A stretch of 64,000 bases of DNA from Mobula hypostoma. Lineage: Eukaryota. The DNA lies in NCBI RefSeq assembly GCF_963921235.1, contig NC_086097.1, positions 181,786,001-181,850,000 of the forward strand, written 5' to 3'. Positions 23,515-37,301 of this stretch are shown piece by piece; the first letter of the stretch is position 1; each line of letters begins with the position of its first letter. Both the position numbers and the translations under genes were made by a program. The notes beneath the pieces are model-generated. The model was not told the DNA's origin. It ran no database searches and was given only the letters and a program-made list of their open reading frames with translations.

Positions 23515-25683
23515 CACTGATTCCCAATGGGGGTAGTAAAAGTTGTTGGGGGATGTTGAAGATTCTTGGGGGGCTGGAGGGTAAGTGGTACCCTAACTTG
23601 AGGCATGAGGTATGACCGACCATGTCAACTCGCTGCCGTTGCCAACATCCGGTAGGCATTCTCAGTTTGTGTTAACTTTTTATTTTCATTTAGCCCTGTT
23701 AATGATGAATAAATGCGTACTGCGCGACCTCTGAGTCTGGAGGTGGTGAAGCCTTGAATTCTAAACCTGCTAAGAAACAGAAGCTACAGAAAGTGCGCCA
23801 GTGCTGTCCTGGAGTACGGTTTTATTCCATTCCCATCACATCAGTGATGCCCATGTGTCTTATTTGTAACACTGTACTGTCTAATGAAGCTATGAAACAG
23901 TCAAGATTGCTGGAACACTTTCGTAAAAGACACCCTGAAAAGGCTACTTGTGGTACTGCTCAGTTCTAGAAGATGAAAGGAGCATTTGAAATGCGTTGAA
24001 CACTTAAGTCATTTGCGAAGAAAGGTAGAAATGACCTTGATAGTGGTCTCATTGCTTATAATATTTCAAAAATGATAGCAAAATGGGGAAAATCTCATAC
24101 AATTGGTGAAAGATTAATAATGCTTGCTGCATCAGAAGTGTTTATCCTTGTTCTCAAAATGGATACTAGTATTTTAAAATCAATTCCTTGGAGTAATAAC
24201 TCTGCAGCTCATTATATTGACAAAATGAGTGTAGACATTGAGTATATCAACTATGCACAGAGCTACAGAAAACAGAATTTGGGATATAACTGGAAGAGTC
24301 AACTGTGCGAGACAATGAGGCATTGCTAATGGCATATGTTTGGTTTATCAAAAATGCAATAGTTTATGAAGAGATTCTCTTTTGTAAAAAAATTAAAAAC
24401 AAATATCAATGGAGAATCAATCTGCAGCGAGCTCTAAATGTATATTGAGGATAAAAGTGTTCCGATTAGGAACATGATTTCTTCTGCAACAGATGGAGCA
24501 CCATATATGACAGGTCGCCATGCTGGTTTAGTGGCAGTTAGGAAAAGAGAAATCCCAAGTCTGTTTCCAGTCCTTTGTGTAATTCAATGTCAACATCTCG
24601 CAGCCAGTGACTTTTTTCAAGCATGATTATTGTAATATCTGCTATCAACAAAATTAAAATTCATCCATTAAATAACAGAATAGTTTGCCAGTTATGCCAA
24701 GATAATGATGAAAAGTTTGAGTGATTGCTTCTTTACACTGAAGTCAAAAAAAGGCTGTCAAAAGGCTGCGGTTTAAAATGTTTCTTTGATCTTTTTGACA
24801 CTGTTGTTGAATTTTTGGTCAAAGTCAACAGGAGCTTGGGAAACGAGTTTGAACTTCTACGTGGAGATGTGGCATACCTCGCCATTCTGTATGACAAAAT
24901 GAACATTGTAAATATGAAACTGCAGGGTGAGAATTTCAATTTAATCCAGGCAAAAAGTGTGGTGTCCACTTTTATTGGAAATGTATAAGCAAAACATTGG
25001 GAGAAGAATGTTCTCACAGCTGCCCTGCATGTAAAGTATGCACTCTCTTTCACAGATGGTGATTTGCAAGAGTACTGCTTATGCCTGCAGTCAGTGAAGA
25101 AAGATTTTCATTGTTGATTCAAGAATTTGAATGATCTGGAAATTCTGTACTGGGTAATTAACCCATTTCTTTGCAAGGTGGAAGAACAGGAAGAGAATTT
25201 ACAGAAAGAAATTATCGAAATTCAGCATGATGAAGAAGCAAAAATGTTGGATTTTTTTTGGTATGTGACTACACTCTCATACAAAGTTTCCTGGTCTTTG
25301 GAGAAGAGCCAAATTGCTCTTCATTGCATTTCCATCCGCTTACCTTGTTGAAAAAGGCATCAATGCAGTGAACCACATACAAAAAAAACAGAAATGGCTT
25401 GGACATTGTTAAGCGTGGGGTCTTAAGGCTTTTGCTGGCACAATTTGAACCAGATATTTCAACTCTTGGTAAAAACCATCAAACTCAAGGATCACATTGA
25501 TACTGAAACTGCTATACAGAGCACAAGTACTGTGCAAGCTAGGTTTAAAGACAAATAAAAATTTAAAGCAGAATCATTTTTCTCATGTCAGCATTTGGTA
25601 GACACATTTCTACACTATGGGGGCACTGGAAAGTATATTGTACCTAAGAGGAGCATTGGGCTATGAAAGGTTGGGAAACACTG
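23515..25683 (+). mobile_element. Near-full-length decayed hAT transposon (Charlie/Buster group)
   Basis: TIRs CACTGATTCCCAA / TTGGGAAACACTG; 8-bp TSD TCCTAGAG / TCTTAGAG; transposase remnants: BED finger PMCLICNTVLSNEAMK..H....HP, KSHTIGERLI, TDGAPYMTG, LLYTEV..LSKG, C-terminal HQTQGSH; many stops and frameshifts. Confidence 0.92.
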
Positions 25684-25694
25684 TCTTAGAGTAT

Positions 25695-26395
25695 TAGAAC
25701 ATTATAGGGCCATGTAGTCCATGCTAAACTATTAATCTGTGTAGGATTAATACTTATGCACTTGGATCATAGCCTTCCATATCACTCTCATCCATGTATA
25801 GTACCTATCCAAATTTCTCTTAAATGTTGAAATCAATCCTGGATCCATCATTTTCATTGCCAGCTTGTTCCACACTCTAACCCCGCCTCTGAGTGAAGAT
25901 GAGTCCCCTAATATTTCCCTTGAACATTTCACCTTACACCATTAACCCATGACTTCTAGTTGTAGTCCCCCCAACCTTAGCGGGAAAAGTCTGCTTGTCG
26001 AACCCTCATAATTTTGTATACCTCTGTCAAATCTCCCCTCATTCCCCTACAGTCTTGGGACTAAAGCCCAAACATATTCATCCTTTTCTTATAACTCAGG
26101 CCCTCAAGTCTTGTCAATGTTCTTGTAAATTTTCTGTATACTCTTTAAATCGTATTGATAACTTTCCTGTAGATGTATGTACACAATACTCCAAATTAGG
26201 CCTTACAGATGTCTTCAACCAATACAACTGCAAAATAATATCCCAACTCTTAGACTCACTACTTGGATTTATGAAGGCCAATGTATTATAAGCTGTCTTT
26301 ACAACCGTATCTACTTGTGATACCACTTTCAAGGAATTACGGATCTGTATTCCAAGATCCCTCTGTTCTGCTGCACTCCCAACTGCCCTCCCACT
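25695..26395 (-). mobile_element. CR1 3' fragment
   Basis: SQVDTVVKTAYNTLAFI, VRPNLEYCV, VRVWNKL..STFKRNLDRY. Confidence 0.8.
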
Positions 26396-27349
26396 CTGGG
26401 TTATCAGTGCAGATTATAAATATGTAAATAGCTGAAAAGTTTATAATCGTTGTGGTACTCAACTAGTAACAATGCCAAGTTGAAGATTACCGTTTATACT
26501 GGGTCTGCTTTCTGTCCTTGTACCATTCTCCTAACTATCTCGTGAGAAATTATTTTAAGTAATCGCATTTTTATGTAGGACTTTACCAAATGACTTCATA
26601 AATCGAGATGTACTGTGTCATCTGGATTCAAGAAATCCCAGGGTACTTGAGATAGTTACTCAGAACAAATATTGTGCGATGATAGAGAACAGGCCAATTT
26701 AGATCTTGTTAGTTGTAAGAAGATATGAATAACGTGGTTTCATAGTAAAAGGACCGTAAAGTGACAGAATTTCACATTCAATTAAAAACCAAAAGACTTG
26801 CAACTGAGACTTTTATTCAAAAATTTAAAAAAAACATTTACAAAGAATGAAAGCAGAGTTGGCTATAGTGGACTGGAAAAATAGTAGATAACATTGACAG
26901 ACATGAAGAGAAATTTAATAATTTTCAACATGGGTATATTCCATATAGAAATCGTGACAATAAGAAGGATGACCCATTTCTGGCTAATTCAGAGAGATAA
27001 AAATAATATCAAATTCAAAGAGAAGATAATGTTCTGAAGTTGGGAAATCTGGAAATCAGCAAAAGCTGATGAGAAAAAGTAGAACAGAAGAATAAAATAG
27101 CCATAAGTGTATAATGTCCCCAAAGGAAACATTGGTCCTTTCAAAGATGAGACTGAGGAATTAATAAGAAATTACGAAATAGATTTATACAAGTATCTTA
27201 TATCTGTCATCCTGCTGGAAGACAAGGAAAACAACATAATTATAACAAAGTTTGGGGTAAAAACTAGAGGGGAACTGAATACTTTTGATAGGGATGGTAT
27301 AGTAATATGGCAGTTAATGTACCTCTGCCTCAAAATGACCTGGGTTTAA

Positions 27350-28095
27350 TTGGTTTGTTGTTATTTCATGTAATGAGTTTCAGCGTAAAACTTTGTTTTG
27401 CATGCTATCCATACAGATCATTTCATCACATCAGCACATCAAGGTAGTACTAAGGGAAGAGAATACAGAATGTGGTATTACATTTGCAGTGCAGTACTAA
27501 GGGAAGAGGATGCAGAATGTGGTATTACATTTGCAGTGCTGTAAGTGTAGTGTAGGTAGGAAGGAAGGTACAAAGGTGAAGGAGATTATAAGGTCGAGTT
27601 AAAGTTTATTGTGCAAAAAGATCCATTGAAAAGTTTTATGACGGTGATTAGGGAACAGCTGTCCTTGAACCTGGTGGTATTTAAAAAAAAGTTTTTGAAT
27701 CATCTGCTGGATGGGGGAGGAGAACAAAGACTTTCCGGGGTGTGAGGCTGGTTTACTGAGGCAATGAGAAGTACAGACAAAGTCCATGGAGGGGTGGTTG
27801 GTTTTCATATTGGACTGAGCTGTGCTTATAATTCTCTGCAATTTCTTGCAGTCTTGGGCATAGCAGTTACCATACCAATCTGTGATGCATCCAGGTGGGA
27901 TGTTTTCTATGTGCTGATGTAAGAATTATTGAGGGTTAACAGGGACGTGCTGAATTTTCTTAACCTTCTGAGGGAATTGATGTGCTGTTGTGCTTTCTTG
28001 GCAGTAGTCTGCATAGTTGGACCAAGACAAGCTATTGTTTGCACCAAGGAACTTGAAGCTCTCAACTGTCCCCAAATCAGCATCATTGATGCAGA
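27350..28095 (-). mobile_element. Rex1/Babar 3' fragment with a 47-bp tandem duplication (27444-27537)
   Basis: RKLQRIISTAQS and RKLRKFST remnants; the unit GTAGTACTAAGGGAAGAG..TTACATTTGCAGT occurs twice. Confidence 0.65.
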
Positions 28096-28199
28096 TAGGT
28101 TCTCATTCAGTCAGTGATAGATTACAGGTTCTCTCTGTGACAGCTGGTTTCTCTGGCTGTTCTGGTTTTCTTTTACAATCACAAGTGCCGAGAATGGAG

Positions 28200-28740
28200 A
28201 CCATAGAAACCATAGAAACTACAGCACAGAAACAGGCCCTTTGGCCCTTCTTGGCTGTGCCGAACCATTTTCTGCCTAGTCCCACTGACCTGCACACGGA
28301 CCATATCCCTCCATACACCTCCCATCCATGTATCTGTCCAATTTATTCTTAAATGTTAAAAAAGAACCCACATTTACCACCTCGTCTGGCAGCTCATTCC
28401 ATACTCCCACCGCTCTCTGTGTGAAGAAGCCTTCCCTAATGTTCCATTTAAACTTTTCCCCCCTCACCCTTAACCCATGTCCTTGGGTTTTTTTCTCCCC
28501 TTGGCTCAGTGGAAAAAGCCTGCTTGCATTCACTCTATCTATACCCATCATAATTTTATATACCTCTATCAAATCTCCCCTCATTCTTCTACGCTCCAGG
28601 GAATAAAGTCCTAACCTATTCAACCTTTCCCTGTAACTGAGTTTCTCAAGTCCCGGCAATATCCTTGTAAACCTTCTCTGCACTCTTTCAACTTTATTTA
28701 TATCCTTCCTGTAATTTGGTGACCAAAACTGAACACAATG
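28200..28740 (-). mobile_element. Young CR1 3' end
   Basis: Uninterrupted frame CVQFWSPNYRKDINKVERVQRRFTRILPGL..LDRYM (28276..28752); tail repeat ACCATAGAA x2. Confidence 0.9.
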
Positions 28741-29076
28741 ACTTGTGGACATTGTTTAAGTAGAAAGGATTTGTTTAGTAAGATGTGTAATTAGTTCTGT
28801 ACAACAATGTGGACTGAAGGGTCTGTTCCTCTGCAGTGCTGAATCAAGTAAATCTCTTTATGCATTGTCATTAAATCCCTCCACCAATAGTTTCTATCAC
28901 ACACCCAAACTAGAGGCAGTTTAATTAACCTATCAATCAAGTCTGTCTTCAGCATGTGGGAGGAACACAAAACATTTGGAGATTTACCAGTGTAGTCACG
29001 GAGAATGACAGACAACACACAAGGGCAGGATTGAAACCAGGTTTTTTGGCCTTGAGGCAACAATGCTGTGAATTAT

Positions 29077-29156
29077 GAAGGGTTCCCAACCTTTTTTATG
29101 CCATGGACCCTTACCATTAACCAAGGGGTCTGTGGACCCCATGTTGGGAACCCCTA
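29077..29156. mobile_element. hAT-type MITE, about 80 bp
   Basis: TIRs GGGTTCCCAAC / GTTGGGAACCC; TSD not recognisable. Confidence 0.65.
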
Positions 29157-30499
29157 CCCTAAGGGAATATAATTTGTTTTTAAATATGTAAATAGATTCC
29201 AATAATTAATTAATTCAAATTCCAGATAGCATTAACTGCTTTGTTGTCACTTTCCAGAGGACTGAAGTATGTCTGGGAGAGCTCAGTCTCTTCATCCTGA
29301 GTTCAAGTTATTTACCCAGGACACTACAATGGTAAAGCCAGTTCAGATATTCATTTATAATGTTTTCTTGGATTCTACTCTTCCCCATCCCCATCCCCTG
29401 CCCCATCTCCAACTCATTTAATGATGATATTCTTGCTGACTTAATTTGGGATATTGCTATAAACTGAGAATAATCATGAACTTCTGAAACAAACCTGGCT
29501 AATGTTAACACAAAATATAAAACAGATAAAAATATACTCAACCTATCCATGCTGAGCTTGTTGATGTCAGTGATGGGGCGGCTTTAGCTACAATATGCCT
29601 GTGTGCTGGAGAACTTGCCCCAACAATGTAATCATGGGCTTTAAGAACGTAGGAAAAGGAGAAGGGCTGTCACCCCTCAAAGCCTGCTGTTCCATTCTGT
29701 AAGATTAGCTGTGATCATTTTCCTCCTCACCACTTTATTGTACAAATTCCTACATTCTTTTAATGTCCAAGTATCTATGGATCACTGTAGTTGCTGCTAT
29801 GTTATAAAAATTGGATAGTTTTAAGAAGATATTAAACATGAGAATTTTATTTCATGGACTACATTTTATTTAACTCATTATGGTTTTGCACAAAATTGAG
29901 TGAGGTGGGTCATATTGATAATGCTTGGATTCATTTTGTAATTGTTCCCTTATTTTGTGTATAAATTGTTGGCATTTTTGAGGCTATTTGCCCATGGCTT
30001 ATTGTCTCTCTGAAGTTTATGGTGTGAAGCGGATAATTTGTCAAGGAATATGTCAATGATGTCCCCCTCAAATAAATCTGGGAACTGCAATTCTGTCAAA
30101 CTCCTTGCCCATTTGTGTTATAAATCTGCTGCCAACGCTTTGGTAAACACGGGAAATGTTTGAGTTGTCATTTGAGTAGAGATGTAGATTAGCTATGATG
30201 TATATGGTAGAGCAAAACTGAAGGGCTAACTGAACAGTTTTACTTTCCATGCGGTTATGGGTAAAGCTTGAGCTAATTTGGGTAGAGCAGTCTTGATGTT
30301 AAACAATATATCTGTGCAATGGTTTGGGAGACATATACCATGAATAGTAGCACCCAAAAGAGTATACAGAAGGACTTTGGTATACAAGTCCAAGTATCCC
30401 TGAAAGAGACAACACTGCTAGCTGAAGGTGGTGAAGGCTCCAGACTCAACACCCCAAATTGTTCATTGTGGTATTGGGAGACCTTGACCATGATTCTTT

Positions 30500-32985
30500 C
30501 TTGACAACCTGATCCACCTTCAACCAGTTTGTCAAGTGTCATACAAGAGAAAAGAAAACACTGGATCTCTTGTATGCAAATGTTAAAGAAGCATCCAGCT
30601 CTACAGCTCTTCCCACTCCCCACTTGGGAGATCAGATCACAAACCAGTTCATCTCATGCCTTTGTATAAACCCAAAATATAACAACAGCTAACTGCCACG
30701 AAGATAGTAAAGAAGTGGTCCCAGAGGCCATTGAGGCCTCAAGGGTCTGCTTTGAGGTTACTGACTGGAATATGTTTTGTGAAACCATATGTGGAGGACA
30801 TTAATAGACTTACTGATTGCATCACTGGCTATATCAACTTCTGTGTGGATACTGTAATCCCATCAAGGTCTGTTTGCTGCTTCCCTAACAACATGGGTCA
30901 CCAGTGATGTAAATGTTCTTCTCAACCACAGAAAGAGAGCCTTTTGATCAGGAGATGTTGAGCAATTGAAACGTACAGAGGGAGCGAAAGGAGAAGATCA
31001 AGGTGGATAAAAAGGAATACAGGAGAGAGCAAGAGAACAAGCTTGGGCGGAATAGCACATGGGAGGTGGTGAGGCATGAAGAACATCACTGGCTTCAATC
31101 AACCTAGAATGCAGCCATGAATGGGGCTAATGAGTTAACCCTTACATACTTTTGGGTCAAATTTGACCCATTTTGAGGTTTGACAGCAGTAAAAACACCC
31201 TAAATGCCATTTTTTTAACCCCGAAATTTGATGACTTTTCCTAAAGTGACCCAAAATGCACAAAAGTGAAAAAAATTTGGCTAAAGAAAATGGCATTTAG
31301 GGTGTTTTTACTGCTGTCAAATGTCAAAACGGGTCAAATTTGACCTAAACAGTACGTAAGGGTTAAAACAATTCTTCAATAGGTTTGACAACTGCCCTCC
31401 TGTTCATAACCCCCTCAGCACACCGGTCTAGGTGCAGAGGCACCCATTGCTCCCTCAGCACCAACACCTCCCCTTTTCCTTCCAACCCCCTCCAATTCAA
31501 CATATGGATGAACAACACAGGCTACCACTGTCTACATCCTTTCCTTGCCTTGCACCTACCAACCACACCTCCGCATACCAATTACTATTGTCCCAATCTT
31601 CACCTCCCCCAGCCCCCACCTTCCATCAGCTCCCCAGTCATCATAGACTCACCTTCACTACTGAGCAGGTGAGAAGGGTTTTGGGGAAACTCAGAAAAGA
31701 TAAAACATTGGGACCGGATGATGTGAATCTCAAGATCCTGAAGGAGTGTGCTGAGCAGCTGTGTGGGAGTTCAACCGCACATTTTCAATCGGGCTGAAAA
31801 GGGTCCTTTTGGTGTGGAAAACATCATGCATAGTCCCAGTACCCAAGAAGGGCCAACCAAAAGTCTTGAATGACTTCTGTCCAGTGGCTCTGACCTCACA
31901 ATTCATGAAGTCCCCAGAGAGGCTGGTCCTGGCTCTCCTCTAACTCTTGGTCAGATCAGCCCTCGATCCCCTGCATTTTGCCTACTAGGGGCACATTGGA
32001 GTCGATGATGCTGTCATCTACCTGCTGAACAGACCATACTTCCATATGGATAAGCAGGGCAGTACTGTGAGGATCATGTTTTTTGATTTCTCAAGGGCCT
32101 TTTGTAACATTCAGCCCTCATTGCTGGGAGGAGAAGCTCCATCCAATGCAGATTGGCACTTCCATTGTACCTGACTGGCAGACCACATATTCTGTGGCTT
32201 TAAGCTGTGTGTCAGACATGGCAAAAAGCACCACTGGGGCCCCACAGGGGATTGTATTGGCTGCCATCCTGTTTACCCTGTATACCTTGGACTTGGATGC
32301 AATGCTGAGTCACGTCATTTGTAGAAATTCTCTGATGATTTAGCAATAGTTTGTTTGGTGTATAAAGGGAGGACAGGATGATGAATACAGGGCCCTGGTG
32401 GAGGACTTTGTCGAATGGTGCAAGCTGAATCATCTGCAGGTCAACATCAGTAAAACAAAGGAGATGGTGGTAGACCTTAGGAAGACCAAGCCTGCACTGC
32501 TTGCTTGTTGCTATTGATGGTGAGGATATGGATGTGGTGAGAACTTAGAAGTATCTGGGAGTGCAGGTGGATGACAGACTTGAGTGGAGCACCAACACAG
32601 AGGCTGTGTACAAGAAGGGCCAGAGTCACCTCTACTTCCTGAGGAGACTGAGGTCCTTTGGAATATGCAGGCCTCTCCTTCGTATGTTCTCCCAGTCTGT
32701 TGTCACCAGTACAGTCTTCTAACCAGTGGTGTGCTGGGGCAATAGCATAAACATGGTTGATGCCAATAGGCTCAGTAAACTGATTAGAAAGACTGGCTCT
32801 GTTGCAGGAGTCAAATTGGACACACTGGAGGCTGTGGTAGAACAAAGGACCCTCTGGAAAATCCTGGCGATTCTGGACAATGTTTCTCATCCTTTGCATG
32901 TCACCTTTGCTGAACAAAGGAGCAATTTTTGTAATAGACTAAGATAACAGCGCTGCTCCAAAGAGCGCTATACCAGGTCATGTAA
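30500..32985 (+). mobile_element. Long Rex1/Babar LINE fragment (endonuclease, RT, C-terminus)
   Basis: LDLLYANVKEA, PLGRSDH, GPDDVNLKILKECAEQL, WKTSCIVPVPKK, TGAPQGIVLA, SKTKEMVVD, LYFLRRLRSF, VVCWGNSI. Confidence 0.88.
31139..31362. mobile_element. piggyBac-type MITE
   Basis: TTAA TSD at 31135-31138 and 31363-31366; termini CCCTTAC..GTAAGGG; about 75-bp imperfect TIRs; interrupts the host Rex1 sequence ANELN..FFNRFD. Confidence 0.9.
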
Positions 32986-34171
32986 AGGGTAAGGATGAAT
33001 AGGTTGAGAGGGGATGTAAGGAAGCATTTGATCACCCAGGAAGTATTTGGAATCTGAAATGCATTGTCTTATGGTTTGGTGGAAGTAGTACTCTTCATAG
33101 CATCTGAGTTGTATCCTGGTGAACATTTATATTGCTCAGGGCATGGAAGGTTACAATTGTGAGCTGGTAAAATTGATGGTCTGTATGGATATGGTCTGTT
33201 TAATAGTCCAGACTCTTTGGGAGGTAAGGCTTGATATTGCTCATAGGGCTGTTTGCTGTGGTGTGGACTTTGAGTTGACCTGCACACTGACAAGTAAATA
33301 TTCTATTTTAACCTGACTTTACTAATGTGCTGATGTGGAATACCAGCTATGATTTTGATTAATGGTGCAGCAAGCTCACGAGCTCAGTGGGCTGCACCTG
33401 TTCCTAGTTCTGGTGTGTATAAAGTTGATGTTGGTTAGAAAAAAAACTTGCTAATCAGAGATTGCTGGGATCTCAAATTTTGCATGAGATAAATTTTCTG
33501 TCTTAGATCTTTTGACATGTTATCTTCACAGCACTGGGATTTATATAATAAAACTGCTATTCTAAGGAGAAATTCTGTAATAATTAGAGCTGGGGTTGGA
33601 CACCCAGGAGCCACAGAATTAGATTAAAATAAAATTCTGAATATCACTATATTTAGAACCATAATTAAATGTTTGGAACAGCATCAGAGTTCCTTCTGTC
33701 CTCCCCCTCCCCCCTGCATTTTAGATTAGGAAATAATATCTGTAGTTTAATTTTTGGAGCTGGTACAGACAATAGATGAATCTGCTTGAGAGTCGAGGGA
33801 TGATGTAGTCACCATAATAATATCTATTATAAAACTTGTTTTGGTTTCGGCATTTTAATAATACTTCTTAGAAATATTCCAATCAATATAAATCATATTA
33901 TCTGTTAAATTTACAGTTGCATTGTGGATAAATATGACAGCCATATTATGTGCAACAAAGAAAATAAGATTAAATACCAAGAAATCTGACTTTTGATAAT
34001 GGAGGGAGGAATCTTGTTAACATATTAGCAAAAGTTGCTATTGTTATTTGAAGTGTCGACGAATCTTTAAGGTTGGCTGGCATATCTCATGTGCAGAACA
34101 GCTTCTGAACAGTTGACAATTCAATTTTTCAATTGCTTAGTGGCCTTTGGTTAAGCCACTATGAATGAACA

Positions 34172-35614
34172 CGGGTTTCCCCTGCCATCTGATGGTAAGC
34201 CGGAATGTCGTAAAGCGAAGAAGTGATTACCATTTATTTATATGGGAAAATTTTGTGAGCGTTTGCAGACCCCAAAATAACCTACCAAATCATGCCAAAT
34301 AACACATAAAACCTAAAATAACAGTAACATATAGTAAAAGCAGGAATGATATGATAAATACACAGCTTATATAAAGTAGAAATACTTTTCCACAATCATC
34401 GCCTGAACTGTTCTCTGTAACGAAAATCTTACGCAAGCGCCGTCGGCGAAAACACGGCGCAAGCGCTCTCCAGTAACCTTTAAGCTATGGAGCTGCCAAA
34501 TCATACCAAATAACATGTTAAAAATACACAGCGGATATAAAGTAGAAATAATGTATGTACAGTGTAGTATCACTTACCAGAATTGGGACAGCATCGAGCA
34601 CACTGATGATAGTGTGTTAGGCTGAGTTGGAGGTTGGGGAAGTGCAGTGGCCCCCACCCTCCGGGCTGCTGACCGATACCGATCCGCGAAGCATGCAGGG
34701 GTCCAGCGGTAGCCAGGAGGCACACAGCACATCTTTAAGAAAAAAGCCAAAATAAACATGCTAATTAATTACGTGCCAGGCGGCACCTAATTAATTAGCA
34801 TGTTTATTTCGGCATTTTTCTTAAAGATGTGCTGTGTGCCTCCTGGCTACTGCTGCATTCTCTGCGAATCGGTATCCGCGGCCTGGGTGTTGGGGTGGTG
34901 GGACACTGGGGTGTCACCTCATCGTCGTCTGTTTCCATTAGAGCAGGCAACTCATCTTCTTCTATCTCTACCTGCCTCGATGTTGAAGGTCGAGGTTCGT
35001 CGTCTGCTGTGACTGATGTGGAAGGCTTGCTTGACTGCTGAGCCTGGCGCGTTTTTCTATCATACAGTTCTTTGTAAGCACTCAAACCATCCTGCAAATA
35101 TCCCCTAAACCTACATACCCTTTCAAAATTAATGTCGTACTTTATCATTACTCATTTGGTTTTGATTGTTATCCTTTCCTCTTCCAATTGCATCAGCTCT
35201 TCGTCTATCAGTTCTTGGTCATGGGATCCAAAACCTCTTCAACATCATCTTCGTCAGCTTCTACAAGCCAAACTCACTTAGTCCTTACTTCGTTCACCAC
35301 GATCAAAATGCTTAATTATGTCTAGTTTTATGCCAAGTATAACACCCTTACGAGGTCTTTCAGGCTTTTCCAATACCATAGAACTCATCTTGCAAACGGC
35401 TGCTCACAGGCACGTGTTCAAGCAATGCCAGCAAGAATGCAGTTCCGAATCCCGGGGAGAGCGGCTGCTCGGGACGTGCGCTGATTTTTTTTCATGTGCT
35501 GCTTTTTTCTCAACAGTGAAAACACCTTCTGTTAGCAAAAACAGGGTACTAATGTAGGTCTTTCGTAACAGTGAGGTTTCGTAAAGCAAACGTTCGAAAA
35601 GCAGGGAACACCTG
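34172..35614 (-). mobile_element. Tigger/pogo (TcMar) internally deleted element with an internal palindrome
   Basis: TIR ..GAAAAGCAGGGAACACCTG|TA at 35614 and CGGGTTTCCCC at 34172; C-terminal transposase remnants GFVEADEDDVEE, LIDEELMQLEE, YKELYDRK. Confidence 0.85.
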
Positions 35615-36558
35615 TATTCATGTTTGATTCTTTATTTGTATGTGGCGTATTTAATTAAGCTTGGACTTTTTCTTCTGGGATAGGAGAATCGCAGTTCCTC
35701 TGAGTGTTGTTATAAGACTATTGAAAGATTATCCTAGTATGATAAGATGGATTCCTGATCTCACAGTGATGTTGCACTTTATTGTTCACCAGCACTGGAA
35801 TTTCTTGGTAGTTGTTGCACTTTATTTAGCATGGTATTGTTTTACGTTGTATACCTCAATGTATCATGTAATGATCTGATCTGTATGAGCAGTATGCAAG
35901 ACCAGCTTTACAATGTACTTTGGTGCATGTGGCAATAATAAACTGGTTTCAATTTCAATTCTAGTTGAAGAATATGCTTCACAAAGCTCACATGAAAAGT
36001 GGTCATAGGATGAAGTCATGTCCCAAAATTTTGACCACTCTACCAAGGAAACATTTCTTTGTTAACATCTTGACTAGACATTATTTATTCACCTTGATAT
36101 TCATCTCTTCATGTTCACCTTTGTTTTGGGAAAAATAATTCCACCTAAACCTAATTTCCTTGAGTCTGCAAAGGGTCTTAGCTCAAAACCTGAACTGTTT
36201 ATTCCTCTCCAGAGATGTTGCCTGACCAGCTGAGATCCTCCAACATTTTGTGTTTGATGTTCTGGATTTCCAGCATCTGTAGAATCTCTTGTGTTTGTCC
36301 TAATTTTTAAAAGACTTGTCCATATATGGCAACATCTTCAAATCATTTCTCTACCCCCTCTCATGATATCACATCCTTCCTGTAATGTGTTGACCAGCAC
36401 TGCATATGTCAGCTCTGTCTAAATTAGTGTTTCCTGCAATTCCGACAGATGTCTTAAAATCTATGCCTCAGTCTATAAAAACAATTATTCCACATGAATT
36501 CTCAACCTCCTTATTCATCTGACGTGTGTTCAGTAATTTGTGGACATAGTCTCTAAAC

Positions 36559-37301
36559 TAGGGGTCCCCAACCTTTTTTGCACTGCAGACTGGTTTAATA
36601 TTGACAATATTCTTGCGGACCGGGGTGGGGTGGGGGGTGGTGTGTGTGTTAATCACGACCGGAATATAGGTGGTAAGTCAACTATAAGTCACTTATAAGT
36701 GGCTAATACACTCAATTTTGTTTCTAAAAAGGTTTATCTAACGAATTTAATATTAAACACACAGTGCATATTTTCCTCGTATGAACATGGAAAATTATTG
36801 CAACACACCAATATCGCTGAATCAGCAGGAGCCCTGGGCTTGTTTTCCTGCAACAAGACGGTGCCATCGAGGGGTGATGGGAGACAGCGATACTCGAAGG
36901 GGGTTCCTTATGTCCAGTCTGTTCCGCAATTTAGTTTTCGTTGCATTCATTGCAGGAAACCCCGCTTCGTAGAGATATGATGTTGGAAATGGAAGCAATA
37001 TTTTCAGTGCTTTCATGGTGATCTCAGGATATTCAGCCTTGACTTTGATCCAGAATGCTGGCAGAGATGTTATTTCAAACATGCTTTTCAGCCTACTGAC
37101 TTTTGCAAGCTCGAGGAGTTGATCTTCTTCCCGCGCTGACATGGATGATTCACCGGGGACATTCACAAATGGGTCACAGACCCATTCCTTTGCATATCTT
37201 GGGTCATTTGCGGTTGGGAAGTATCGCTCGAATTCTGTCGCCTGGTAGCACATGCTTTGCAGCCTGGTACCGGTCCATGGCCCGGTGGTTGGGGACCACT
37301 G
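36559..37301 (-). mobile_element. Non-autonomous hAT (Charlie/Buster1-like) element
   Basis: TIRs TAGGGGTCCCCAACC / GGTTGGGGACCACTG; TSD CTCTAAAC / CTCTCAAT; open dimerisation-domain frame FWIKVKAEYPE..LPFPTSYLYEAGF..TKTKLRNRLD..KQAQGS. Confidence 0.88.

Noticed and set aside
27444..27537. 47-bp tandem duplication
   Set aside because: Ordinary local duplication within a LINE 3' UTR.
36822..37253. 143-aa ORF resembling the ZBED5/SCAND3 C-terminus as a host gene
   Set aside because: It lies between hAT TIRs with a TSD and lacks the rest of the transposase; a transposon remnant.
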